The position numbers and the translations under genes were made by a program. From an uncultured Thermoplasmata archaeon (lineage in GTDB: Archaea; Thermoplasmatota; Thermoplasmata; RBG-16-68-12): a DNA stretch of 64,000 nucleotides. Shown here one piece after another: positions 1 to 8,572 of the stretch; positions within the stretch are counted from its first letter, which is position 1; each line of letters opens with the position of its first letter. Below the pieces are notes generated by a model. It saw only the letters and a program-made list of their open reading frames with translations, was not told where the DNA came from and ran no database searches. Location of the stretch: contig CAVYJM010000011.1 of assembly GCA_963768855.1 (NCBI GenBank), positions 128,001 to 192,000 on the forward strand, written 5' to 3'.

Positions 1-1
1 G

Positions 2-265
2 GCGGCGCGCACCCTGATCGACTCGACAAAGTACAAGGGCCGGTTCATCCACGGCCTCGGGCATTCCGTCGGCCTTGCGGTCCACGATGGCGGCGGGCTG
101 TTCACCACGAGCGAGCTCGTGCTCAAGTCGAACATGGTCATGACGGACGAGCCGGGCGTCTACATCCCCGGATTCGGGGGCGTCCGGATCGAGGACACGG
201 TCCTCGTGACGCCCAAGGGGGGCCGATACATGAGCACGGCGCCGCGGCAGCTCCTCGAACTGTGA
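2..265 (+). CDS. Xaa-Pro aminopeptidase (M24 family), 3' partial
   Basis: Frame from nt 2 reads ...FIHGLGHSVGLAVHD...MTDEPGVYIPGFGGVRIEDTVLV...*, the M24B metal-site motifs; 5' end is outside the window. Confidence 0.9.
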   Translation, partial: AARTLIDSTKYKGRFIHGLGHSVGLAVHDGGGLFTTSELVLKSNMVMTDEPGVYIPGFGGVRIEDTVLVTPKGGRYMSTAPRQLLEL

Positions 266-272
266 CCCGGCC

Positions 273-830
273 TCACGTCTCCCGGCGGACCGCCGTCTCG
301 CGGAACTCGCGCGCGAGGATGCTCATCCGGACCACGTTCTGGAACCGGCCATCCTTGTAGACGTCCTCCCGGTGCACGCCCTCGCGGACGAACCCGCACT
401 TCTCGTACGAACGGATCGCCCGGACGTTGTCCTCGAGCACGTCGAGAGAGATCTTGTTCAGGCTGAGGTGCTCGAAGCCGTAGCCCAGCGCTGTACGGAG
501 GGCGTCCGTGCCGTAGCCGCGCGACCAGTAGGCAGTCTCCCCGATGACGATTCCGAGGTCCGCCTTCCGGTGCACCCGGTCCACCTTGTGCAGACCGAGG
601 TTGCCGACGTGCTTGCCCTCGATCTCGATCGCGAAGATCTGCTCGTCAGCGCGGCGAGAATAGTCCCGGAACCATCGCTCTTCCTCTGCGAGCGTGACCG
701 CCGCGTTCCGCCCAAGGAACTGGGTCACCTGCGGGTCGCTGAACCACTTGACGCAGCGCCGCAGGTCCCCGGTCGCCAGCGGACGCAGCGTCACCCGGAT
801 CCCGCGGAGAATGCGGTGGTCCTCGATCAT
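273..830 (-). CDS. GNAT N-acetyltransferase, RimJ/RimL family
   Basis: LRPL start, ADLGIVIG, YWSRGYGTDAL acetyl-CoA motif, N..AIRSYEKCGF..EG. Confidence 0.9.
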   Translation of the reverse strand: MIEDHRILRGIRVTLRPLATGDLRRCVKWFSDPQVTQFLGRNAAVTLAEEERWFRDYSRRADEQIFAIEIEGKHVGNLGLHKVDRVHRKADLGIVIGETAYWSRGYGTDALRTALGYGFEHLSLNKISLDVLEDNVRAIRSYEKCGFVREGVHREDVYKDGRFQNVVRMSILAREFRETAVRRET

Positions 831-873
831 CCCCGAGGCGCCACGGACCGAGCGCTTGATAACCTTTCCGGGC

Positions 874-2856
874 TCAGCCGGTCTGTACCGTGAGGGTGGC
901 TGTGGTGGTCGCGCCGTCCTCGTCCGTCACGGTCAGGGTGACCGTGAAGGTGCCACCCGCGGGGAACGTGTGCGTGACGGTCGCCATCACGTCCATGGGC
1001 GCCGCGCCCCCGACGACGGCCTCGGGCGCGTCGTTCGCGGGGCCGTTCGGGTACACCTGGGTTGCGCTCGTCCCATCGCCGAAGTCCCAGTGGGCCGTCA
1101 AGCCGTCGGCCCCCGGATCGAACAGGTGCGCGTGAAGCACCACGCCCTCCGGGAGGACGGAGCCGCGGAGATCTCCCAGGCTCCAGTTCCACGACGCCTT
1201 GTGCTGGACGTTGAAGTCGTGGAACAGCCGCACGGACGTCCCGTTCTCCATGGTGATCACAAGCCACGCGGGGCTGTCGCCGTTCGGCTGCCCGTTTACA
1301 GGGTCGTCCAAGGGCGTGTACAGCGCGGTCACGAGCACGGGTTTCGTGAGGTCCAGGATCCGCATGCCGGTGTCCGCGGACTGCTTCATCGGATCTCCCG
1401 GATGGCGCACGACCCGGAGGCTCGCAAGCGTCGTGCCGTTCGCGACGAGGTGGAACGCGACGTCGTGGAACTTCTCGCCCGCGACGATGAGCCGGAAGTC
1501 GGCCCCGCCTGATGCGGAGGCCGTCAGGCTCTGGATGGCCGGTGGCACATTCGCGATCGTGACCGAAGCCGATACGTTGGCGACGGCCTGGCCGTCCGAG
1601 ACCTCGACGCGTGCCTCCCCGCTGAACTCATCCGTGTAGCGCACCGCGACGGTCGGGCTCGCAGACCATGCGGTGTCCCAGGTCCCGTTGTCCGTGAACG
1701 ACCACCGGTACTGGAGCGCATCTCCGTCCGGATCGGAGGACTTGGACGCGTTCAGGACGACCGTGTCGCCCTCCTTCCCCACGTACGGTCCACCGGCATC
1801 TGCCACGGGGGGCTTGTTCGCCGCCACGGAGAGGAACACGGGGGCCGAATGCGCGTCCGCGGTGCCCGTCCCTCCCATGTCGGACCTCGCTTGCGGCAGG
1901 GTCAGCGAACCCGCGGCGAGAGCGGGTGACACGAGGGTGTAGAACCTGGTGACGTTCGTGTACGGCGTCGGGAGCTCCGGATTTCCCTGCTGGCTCACCT
2001 GCGCGGCCGGCAGGGCCTCATACCACTCCAGGGTCTTCGACCCGTCCGGGTGGTTCACGATGAGATCCGGCGGGACAGAAAAACTCCCCCCCTCCACGCT
2101 CCATCCCGCAGGCACATCGTCCTCGATGATTCCCCTCGTCACGTTCACGTTCCCGGTGAACGCGTCGTCCGTCGACCAGACCGCCAGGTTCGTGGCATCG
2201 AGCCGCACGCGGATGGTCTGTCCCGCGGTCCCCTTGATCGTCGCCCACAAAGGCTGCTTGCCCACGACGACCGTCGGGTATGACCGCAAGTAGGCCCACA
2301 GGGCTATCTGCGTGTTGTCCCCCGCTCCGTTGTAGAACGGATGCTCGATGAGCGAGCGCAGGGCGAACGGGAGGGTCTCCCCCCCAATCTGGAACACCAC
2401 TCCCGCTTTCGAAAACTGCATTTCCTCCATGTCCCACCAGGCAGGACCGCTCAGGTAGCCCGCGAGCACGTACGCCCCGAACGAGTACCGGAGGCTGCCC
2501 ATCGCCGGCACCGTGCCGTTCGTCAGGACGGCGTCCGCTGTCGTTTGGAGCGGGCTCGGCGGCGGCGATTGGGACGGATGCGGGCTCATGAGCACCGCCT
2601 CCTCCGGGATGAGCACCGGCACGGCCGCGTTGTTCGTCACGAGGATCCCCGCGGGCTGCGTGACCTCGTGCCCGTCCACGGTGAATGTCTCGTTGACCAT
2701 GACCGCGCTCACGAGTCCTTGACCCGCCGCTTCCCAGAAATCGAGCGGGGCCGAGTCGGGGGTCCGCACCGGCGGGCTCGCAAGGGCCAAGGTCGCCACC
2801 ACGGCCGCTCCTGCGACTAGCAGGACGAATGAACGCGTGGCGAAGAACCCCTTCAT
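874..2856 (-). CDS. Secreted/surface protein with two PKD domains, a DUF11-like Ig domain and a TQxAxW motif
   Basis: Hydrophobic N-terminal signal; PVADAGGPY...LNASKSSDPDGDALQYRW and WDFGDG...HTF...TVTLTVTD PKD motifs; TQIALW. Confidence 0.75.
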   Translation of the reverse strand: MKGFFATRSFVLLVAGAAVVATLALASPPVRTPDSAPLDFWEAAGQGLVSAVMVNETFTVDGHEVTQPAGILVTNNAAVPVLIPEEAVLMSPHPSQSPPPSPLQTTADAVLTNGTVPAMGSLRYSFGAYVLAGYLSGPAWWDMEEMQFSKAGVVFQIGGETLPFALRSLIEHPFYNGAGDNTQIALWAYLRSYPTVVVGKQPLWATIKGTAGQTIRVRLDATNLAVWSTDDAFTGNVNVTRGIIEDDVPAGWSVEGGSFSVPPDLIVNHPDGSKTLEWYEALPAAQVSQQGNPELPTPYTNVTRFYTLVSPALAAGSLTLPQARSDMGGTGTADAHSAPVFLSVAANKPPVADAGGPYVGKEGDTVVLNASKSSDPDGDALQYRWSFTDNGTWDTAWSASPTVAVRYTDEFSGEARVEVSDGQAVANVSASVTIANVPPAIQSLTASASGGADFRLIVAGEKFHDVAFHLVANGTTLASLRVVRHPGDPMKQSADTGMRILDLTKPVLVTALYTPLDDPVNGQPNGDSPAWLVITMENGTSVRLFHDFNVQHKASWNWSLGDLRGSVLPEGVVLHAHLFDPGADGLTAHWDFGDGTSATQVYPNGPANDAPEAVVGGAAPMDVMATVTHTFPAGGTFTVTLTVTDEDGATTTATLTVQTG

Positions 2857-3048
2857 CAACGCCCTTCTGAACCCGGCGACCTCTCCTTATCCCCGAGGAC
2901 TTGCTTAAGCGTGACGCCTTGATTCTCAGTAGTTTTCACCGGTGATTTTTATTCCTGATAGCATGTCCCTTTCCTCCGAGAGCACGCTCCACCGGCCGGC
3001 TGCGGCCCTGCGATGCCTTGATGTGTCCGGAGCGGTTGCGGAGCGGGC

Positions 3049-4056
3049 GTGCTCTTCTACGACCCGCGTTTCCTGGAGCACGTATCGTCCCCGATGCACG
3101 TGGAGCGTCCGGAGCGCCTCGAGGCGATCGTGGGCCGCCTTCGCGAAGAGAAGCTCTTCGTGGACGTCCGCTCCCCGGCCGCGGCCACCATGCCGGAGCT
3201 ACGGCGGGTCCACCGCGCCACCTTCCTGGATTTCTTCCACGACCTGACGGAAGGGTTCCTCGACCCGGAGACGGCGGTCCACCCAGAGACCTGGGACATC
3301 GCGACCTTGGCCGCGGGCGCGGTCGTAGAGGCCACCCGAGGAGCGGTCGCCGAGGGCACGTGGGCCGTCGCCCTCGTCCGCCCACCCGGGCACCATGCGG
3401 GTCCGGACTACGGCGGGGGATTCTGTTATCTGAACAACGTGGCGGCGGCCGCCGCAGACCAGGTCGCGCACGGCCGGCGCGTCGCGATCCTCGACTACGA
3501 CGCCCACCATGGGAACGGCACGAGCGAAATCTTCACCGACGAGGCGGCGGTCCTCTACATTTCGACCCACCAGTACGGAATCTACCCCGGCACGGGCGCC
3601 GCCGAGGATGTAGGCAAGGGTGAAGGCCGCGGGTTCAACGTGAACATCCCCTTCACCGCGGGCTGCGGGGACGAGTCGTTCCGAATCGCGTTCGATCAAG
3701 TCGTTGCGCCGGTCGTGCGGGAGTACAAGCCCGACGTGATCCTCGTCAGCCTGGGGATCGACGCCCATTACCGCGACCCGCTCACAGGTCTCTCCCTCTC
3801 GTCCCCGGGCTACGTCGATCTCACCACCCGGAGCGCGGAACTGGCAAAGGAGCTTTGCGGGAACCGGTTCGTCGTGGCCCTCGAGGGGGGATACCATCTC
3901 CAGGCGCTGTCCGAGGTCTACGCAGGCGTCGTCGCGCGGCTCCAGCACCGCCGGGTCGACCTCGAGCTCACGCAGCTCCTGGACGCCAAGGGGAAAGGCC
4001 GACCCGCAGTCGAGGCGACGAAACGGGCTCACAAGGAGTTCTGGAACCTACGTTGA
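3049..4056 (+). CDS. Histone deacetylase family Zn-dependent deacetylase
   Basis: RPPGHHA, GFCYLNN, DYDAHHGNGT, GIDAH, LEGGY motifs. Confidence 0.95.
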   Translation: MLFYDPRFLEHVSSPMHVERPERLEAIVGRLREEKLFVDVRSPAAATMPELRRVHRATFLDFFHDLTEGFLDPETAVHPETWDIATLAAGAVVEATRGAVAEGTWAVALVRPPGHHAGPDYGGGFCYLNNVAAAAADQVAHGRRVAILDYDAHHGNGTSEIFTDEAAVLYISTHQYGIYPGTGAAEDVGKGEGRGFNVNIPFTAGCGDESFRIAFDQVVAPVVREYKPDVILVSLGIDAHYRDPLTGLSLSSPGYVDLTTRSAELAKELCGNRFVVALEGGYHLQALSEVYAGVVARLQHRRVDLELTQLLDAKGKGRPAVEATKRAHKEFWNLR

Positions 4057-5196
4057 GCGGCCGAGCTTGCGCTCGGTGATCATCCGTTCCTTGTCCTTCA
4101 CGATCCGCTTGTACAGGGTCTCGAGGAGGTCCTTGATCGCGAGATGGAGATCCCAGTCGAAGTGGTTCGCGTAGTACATCTGATGGGCCGTCTGGAACCG
4201 GCATCGGATCGAGTACTTCCAGCGGTCGCCGTCCGGCTTGTACTTCTGGACATGGAGGGAGAGCGTCTTCGGCGTCACGAGCTGGCCGATGCGCCGCATC
4301 TCCTTCTCGACGGTCGCATAGATCGTGTCGTAGGTCTCCGAGGGTTCCTCTTCGAGCCCGCTGATCGAAACGAAGAGCTGTTCCCGCTCCCGGAGTCCTG
4401 CGAGGAAGTGCATCAGATCGAGCTTCGTGACGATCCCGACCGGTTCGTCCTTGTCCGTGATGATGACGCTCGAGACGTCGCTCTTCAACATGAGTTCGGC
4501 GGCGCGGGCGAGGTCCCCGTCCGGTCCCATCGTGACGGGCGGGTAGTGCATCACGCCTTTGACCTCGAGCTCGATTTTCGTCTCGGCGCCGGCGCGTTCC
4601 CCCTGGTGCTCCCGGTTCTTCGGTCTCGAGAAGAGGTCCGTCACGTCCTTCATCCCGATTGCGCCCTTCAGATGCCGGTTCTTGTCCACGACAGGGAGGG
4701 AGCGCTCCCCGAGGGACTGCATCACGTGGACCGCGCGCTCGATCGTGTCGCTCTCCGACACGGCTTGGGGGTTCGGCGTCATGAAATCGCGGACCTTGAG
4801 CGCCTCCAGGGTTCCGGAGTCGACCAGCGCGCGCACGAGGTCCGTCCGGGAGATGATCCCGAGGAGCTTCTTGCGCTGGACGACGGGGAGCGCTCGGAAC
4901 CCGGTGGTGATGAGCTCCTCCGCAGCGTCCGGGAGGACCGCGTCGGGGCTGACCTCGGGCGCCTTCACGACCACCTTGGAGATCTTCGTGTTCGGCGGCA
5001 GATTGTGGCGCTTCATGAGTTCGCGGAGCGTCACGACTCCGTCGAGCTTCCCCTTGCGGCCGACCGGCAGCTCGTGGACGTCGTGCTTCTTCATCCTCCC
5101 GAGCACCTCCCCGACTTCGTCGTCCGGGGCGGCCCACACGACCTCCGTGGTCAGGTACTCGGATACCGTGAGGTCCTGCACGTTCTTTCGCGCCAT
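4048..5196 (-). CDS. Four-CBS protein with C-terminal HPF/RaiA-like domain (HibA-like ribosome hibernation factor)
   Basis: Four CBS repeats (LPV...GIIS/T..D) followed by a ~110-aa beta-alpha-beta-beta-beta-alpha segment with a basic tail. Confidence 0.7.
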   Translation of the reverse strand: MARKNVQDLTVSEYLTTEVVWAAPDDEVGEVLGRMKKHDVHELPVGRKGKLDGVVTLRELMKRHNLPPNTKISKVVVKAPEVSPDAVLPDAAEELITTGFRALPVVQRKKLLGIISRTDLVRALVDSGTLEALKVRDFMTPNPQAVSESDTIERAVHVMQSLGERSLPVVDKNRHLKGAIGMKDVTDLFSRPKNREHQGERAGAETKIELEVKGVMHYPPVTMGPDGDLARAAELMLKSDVSSVIITDKDEPVGIVTKLDLMHFLAGLREREQLFVSISGLEEEPSETYDTIYATVEKEMRRIGQLVTPKTLSLHVQKYKPDGDRWKYSIRCRFQTAHQMYYANHFDWDLHLAIKDLLETLYKRIVKDKERMITERKLGRST

Positions 5197-5275
5197 CGCA
5201 AAATCCCTCGCGGGAAGTTTCCGTAGCAGGTCGGTCTATAATAACCTTATTTGACGCGAGGCCGTTTGAGGCTCG

Positions 5276-5551
5276 ATGCGGGTCCGCGCGACGGTCCTTT
5301 TCCACGGCAGGGTGCAAGGGGTCTACTTCCGGGCCCACTGCGAGGAGAAAGCTCGCTCCCTCGGGCTCGACGGATACGTCCGCAACGTCCCGGGCGGTGG
5401 CGTCGAGGCGATCTTCGAGGGCGAGCGCTCGCTCATCGAGGAGTGCATCGAGTGGAACCAGACCTCGCAACCTGCCGCGCGCGTTGCGTCCGTGGACGTT
5501 GCGTGGGGCGTCGCGACCGATGAGTTCACCGGGTTCGAGATCCGCCGCTGA
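5276..5551 (+). CDS. acyP: Acylphosphatase
   Basis: GRVQGVYFR and GYVRN motifs, 91 aa. Confidence 0.95.
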   Translation: MRVRATVLFHGRVQGVYFRAHCEEKARSLGLDGYVRNVPGGGVEAIFEGERSLIEECIEWNQTSQPAARVASVDVAWGVATDEFTGFEIRR

Positions 5552-5595
5552 CGGGCGCTCGGAACGCAGCTCGCGAGGCGCACGGTTCCTCCCGC

Positions 5596-5838
5596 GTGGC
5601 GTCCCCGATCGCAGGCGGGGAGTTCTGGGGCGGGCTGGCGGGCTGTCTCGGCGGGATGGGTGCGGTTCTCCTCGGCATCGCCCTGGAACGCGCGGAGCCT
5701 TCGTCCTGAATCCCGGGCGCCGGTGGCGCCATCGCCTTCGCCGCGTTTGGGATCGCCGTTGGGGGCGGCGTGGGAGGAGCCTTCGGCGTCTACGAGATGG
5801 AGCGGGCCCCTCGGAGGCTCCGCGCCTCGTCGCGCTCC
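5596..5838 (+). pseudogene. Possible degraded Gly-rich two-TM membrane protein with in-frame TGA
   Basis: GTG 5596 frame gives two Gly-rich hydrophobic helices separated by TGA at 5707-5709; no proper downstream stop before tatD. Confidence 0.3.
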
Positions 5839-6684
5839 TCATTCGAGCTGGATGTGGTAGGTCCGCTCGGGCATCTCCTTGTGGATGACCCATGCCTGGT
5901 CCTCGGACATCACGCCCTTCTCGATCCACGCGAGCGTCTTCTTCGGGACCGTCGCGGGCCCCAGGACCGCGCCGGGCCGCCGCGGGTCGTCGATGTAGTC
6001 CGTTTCGAGGAGGAACTGGGGTCCCCCCTTCAACGCCTCGGACACAAGGGCCTCCTTGGCCAGGATCGACGGTACCAGGCCGTGGGTGTCCTCGGGTCTC
6101 GTGAAGGGGGGCGAATGATGTTTGACCACGCGGTTCCGGTCGAGTCCCGCCTTACTGGCGATCGCCGCGAACTCGGCGAAGGTCTCGGGCGTCGGGTCCT
6201 CCGTATGCAGGACGACCGCGCAGCCGAGGCGTTTCGCGGCCTCCATCGCGTACAGCATGACTTCGTTGCAGACCCGGATGATCTCCGGCCCGACGGGGAA
6301 GTGCGGACGGCCGATTTCCCCGATGGCCACCGCCTTCCCCTGGGCGATGTAGCGCGCCGCGAGGTCGAGCCCCTGCCGCATCGCGGCGACCGCGGCCTCG
6401 AGCCCCTGCACCTCCTTCAGATGGAGGCACTCTACCGGATAGGGGCCGAGTGCGACGAAGACCTGGAGATGGGTCGCCGCGCGAATCGCGTCGGCCATCG
6501 CGAGGGTCTTGCGGTACGCGCGGTCGTAGTCGAGGCCGTGGTTGATCGGCACGTCCTCGTAGGGGGAGTGGGTCAGGAGGAGCGCGGTGCCGCCGGCCTT
6601 CTCAAAGAGCTTCGCCCCTTCGACCCCGAGGAACTCGGGACGGAAGTGGATGTGGTTGTCGAAGATCGGCAGGCGGCTGGCCAT
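5839..6684 (-). CDS. TatD-family metallo-hydrolase (archaeal type)
   Basis: DNHIH, AIGEIGRPHF, VVLHTE, KHH, LETDYIDD motifs; start at MASRLP. Confidence 0.88.
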   Translation of the reverse strand: MASRLPIFDNHIHFRPEFLGVEGAKLFEKAGGTALLLTHSPYEDVPINHGLDYDRAYRKTLAMADAIRAATHLQVFVALGPYPVECLHLKEVQGLEAAVAAMRQGLDLAARYIAQGKAVAIGEIGRPHFPVGPEIIRVCNEVMLYAMEAAKRLGCAVVLHTEDPTPETFAEFAAIASKAGLDRNRVVKHHSPPFTRPEDTHGLVPSILAKEALVSEALKGGPQFLLETDYIDDPRRPGAVLGPATVPKKTLAWIEKGVMSEDQAWVIHKEMPERTYHIQLE

Positions 6685-6790
6685 CCGGGCTTTCCCTCTC
6701 GTCCGTCGAAGCCGGCGAGGGCGATAAAGCGTTCGCACTTACCCTGAAGGTTCGCTCGGAAGAACCGCTACCGCGGACCGTCTCCGGCTC

Positions 6791-7339
6791 TCAGCGCAAC
6801 AGGCCCGCAGCCTTGAGTTCGACCGTGATCTTCTCGACGGCCTGCTCGACGTCCGAGGGCTTGCGGGCACCCGTGCAGACGAGCTTGCCGCTGCCGAAGA
6901 GGAGGACGACGACCTTGGGCTCGTCGATGCGGTAGACGAGTCCGGGGAACTGCTCCGGCTCGTACTCGACCTTCTCAAGGCCCAGCGAGATCGCGATTGC
7001 GTTCAGGTTGATTTCGGTCCCGAGGTCCGAGGACGCGACGATATTCTGGACCTCGATCACCGGGTCCTTCTTGATAGGGATGCCCGCGGCCTCGATTTGC
7101 TTCGCGACGAGGTCGATCGCCGTCTTCACGTGCTCGAGGCTCTTCGCGCCCGTGCAGACCACCTTGCCGCTGCGGAACAGGAGCGTCGCCGTCTTGGGTT
7201 CCTTGAGGCGGTAGATCAGACCCGGGAACTGCTCCGGCTCGTACTCCGCGCCTCCGAGGGCGAGGGCGATTGCCTGGAGGTCCAGCTCCTCCCCGAGGGA
7301 GGTCGAAGCGACGACGTTCTCGATCTTGATCTTCGCCAA
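6791..7339 (-). CDS. tbp: TATA-box binding protein
   Basis: Two repeats NVVAS/NIVAS...YEPEQFPGL.YR...LLF.SGK.VCTGA; TTG start with GGAGG SD. Confidence 0.98.
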   Translation of the reverse strand: MAKIKIENVVASTSLGEELDLQAIALALGGAEYEPEQFPGLIYRLKEPKTATLLFRSGKVVCTGAKSLEHVKTAIDLVAKQIEAAGIPIKKDPVIEVQNIVASSDLGTEINLNAIAISLGLEKVEYEPEQFPGLVYRIDEPKVVVLLFGSGKLVCTGARKPSDVEQAVEKITVELKAAGLLR

Positions 7340-7396
7340 GGGAATGCCTCCGAGTGCACGAGGAGGCGGCCTCCTCGCGCGTTTGGCCTCTGGGGA

Positions 7397-7416
7397 TTTA
7401 TATAGTCCTTTATAAA
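7397..7416 (-). promoter_or_regulatory. Tandem TATA boxes upstream of tbp
   Basis: TTTATAAA (7409-7416) and TATATAAA (7397-7404, minus strand), 12 bp apart. Confidence 0.6.
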
Positions 7417-7469
7417 GCTTCAGCCCGTCCGTTCCGAATTCCCTCCCGAAAAGGCTCCTTTCGAGCGGC

Positions 7470-8378
7470 TCAACCCGGGCGGGCGTCGCCCGATTCGCGC
7501 GCGCGGACGAGCGCGTACAATGCGCGGTTGAGCGGGACTTCCAGCCGATGGCGGGCGGCGGCGCGGAGGATCGCGCCGGTGATCGCGTCGACCTCGGTGC
7601 GTCGATGGCGGTCCAAGTCCTGGAGCATGCTCGCCCGATTCGCCGCGGTCCGGCGCGCGATGAGGCGCGTCCGCCTCAGGACGTCCTCTGAGTCCAGGTG
7701 AGCTCCGTCGGCGAGCGCAACGGCAAGGGCCTCGCGGCCCACCGCGTCCATGAGGACGGCCAAGTCTCGGTCTTGGACGAGACGGCCGTTCGGCACTCCC
7801 GCGAGGGCTGCGATGGGATTGATCGACGCATTCACGACGACCTTGGCCCAAAGTTCCGAGGCGATGTCGTCCGCGACCTGCGTCCGGATGCCCGCTTCGT
7901 CGAGCAGGTCCCGGGCCCGGATCACGTCGCTTCTGTCCACGCCCTCCCACGCTCCAATCGTCGTGTCTCCGATCCCGGCGTGTCGTATCTCACCTGGGGC
8001 GAGGAACGTGACGCCGTGCGCAGTGGTCCCCGCAATCACGCGTCGCGCCGTCCGCGCGATGATCACAGGGTTGTCGAGGCCATTCTGCAGTGTGAGGAAA
8101 ACGGCCGAGTCCGTGAAGGGCTTGAGCCGAGTCATCGCCGCGGCGGTGTCGTACGCCTTCGTCGCGACAATGACCAGGTCCGGATGCGCTCCCGCGGGAA
8201 CGCGGGTTGCCGCGCGGGGATGCACGAGCCGTGTGGTCTTCCCCGTAATCCGGAGACCATGCGCCTCAATCGCTCGGACATTCTCCTTGCGACCCACCAG
8301 GAGGACCGGCTCACGGATCGAGAGGAGTCCGCCGATCAGACTCCCCATCGCTCCTGCGCCGAACACCAGGATTTCCAC
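7470..8378 (-). CDS. panE: 2-dehydropantoate 2-reductase
   Basis: GAGAMG Rossmann motif, ATKAYD, LQNG, WAKVVVN, SMLQD, TEVDAITG. Confidence 0.93.
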   Translation of the reverse strand: MEILVFGAGAMGSLIGGLLSIREPVLLVGRKENVRAIEAHGLRITGKTTRLVHPRAATRVPAGAHPDLVIVATKAYDTAAAMTRLKPFTDSAVFLTLQNGLDNPVIIARTARRVIAGTTAHGVTFLAPGEIRHAGIGDTTIGAWEGVDRSDVIRARDLLDEAGIRTQVADDIASELWAKVVVNASINPIAALAGVPNGRLVQDRDLAVLMDAVGREALAVALADGAHLDSEDVLRRTRLIARRTAANRASMLQDLDRHRRTEVDAITGAILRAAARHRLEVPLNRALYALVRARESGDARPG

Positions 8379-8433
8379 GCTTCTCGAGATGGGAGAACGG
8401 GACGAAAATGGTTTCGGCGTCGTCGAAATATCG

Positions 8434-8449
8434 TCAATTATATAATTGA
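8434..8449. promoter_or_regulatory. Perfect 16-bp palindrome TCAATTATATAATTGA (operator or bidirectional TATA)
   Basis: Seen directly in an AT-rich intergenic region. Confidence 0.55.
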
Positions 8450-8527
8450 TGCGCGATACAACATCGAATCGTGGCTCTCACTAAGTTTAAGTTCCGTCGC
8501 TCCATACGGTATCATAGGAGGAAGTTC

Positions 8528-8572
8528 TTGGCCAAGAAGGGCAAAAAGGGCAAGAAAGGAAAGAAGCGCTAG
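8528..8572 (+). CDS. Putative 14-aa basic microprotein MAKKGKKGKKGKKR
   Basis: GGAGG at 8517-8521, 6-nt spacer, TTG start, TAG stop; synonymous codon variation inside the repeat; TTTAAG upstream at 8486. Confidence 0.6.
   Translation: MAKKGKKGKKGKKR

Noticed and set aside
273-4056. GNAT acetyltransferase and deacetylase as a dedicated writer/eraser pair
   Set aside because: They are separated by an unrelated surface-protein gene, lie on opposite strands, and both families are common; there is no evidence of linkage
5707-5709. Selenocysteine recoding of the in-frame TGA
   Set aside because: The context is a loop of a hydrophobic peptide with no redox motif, and no SECIS or Sec machinery is visible here
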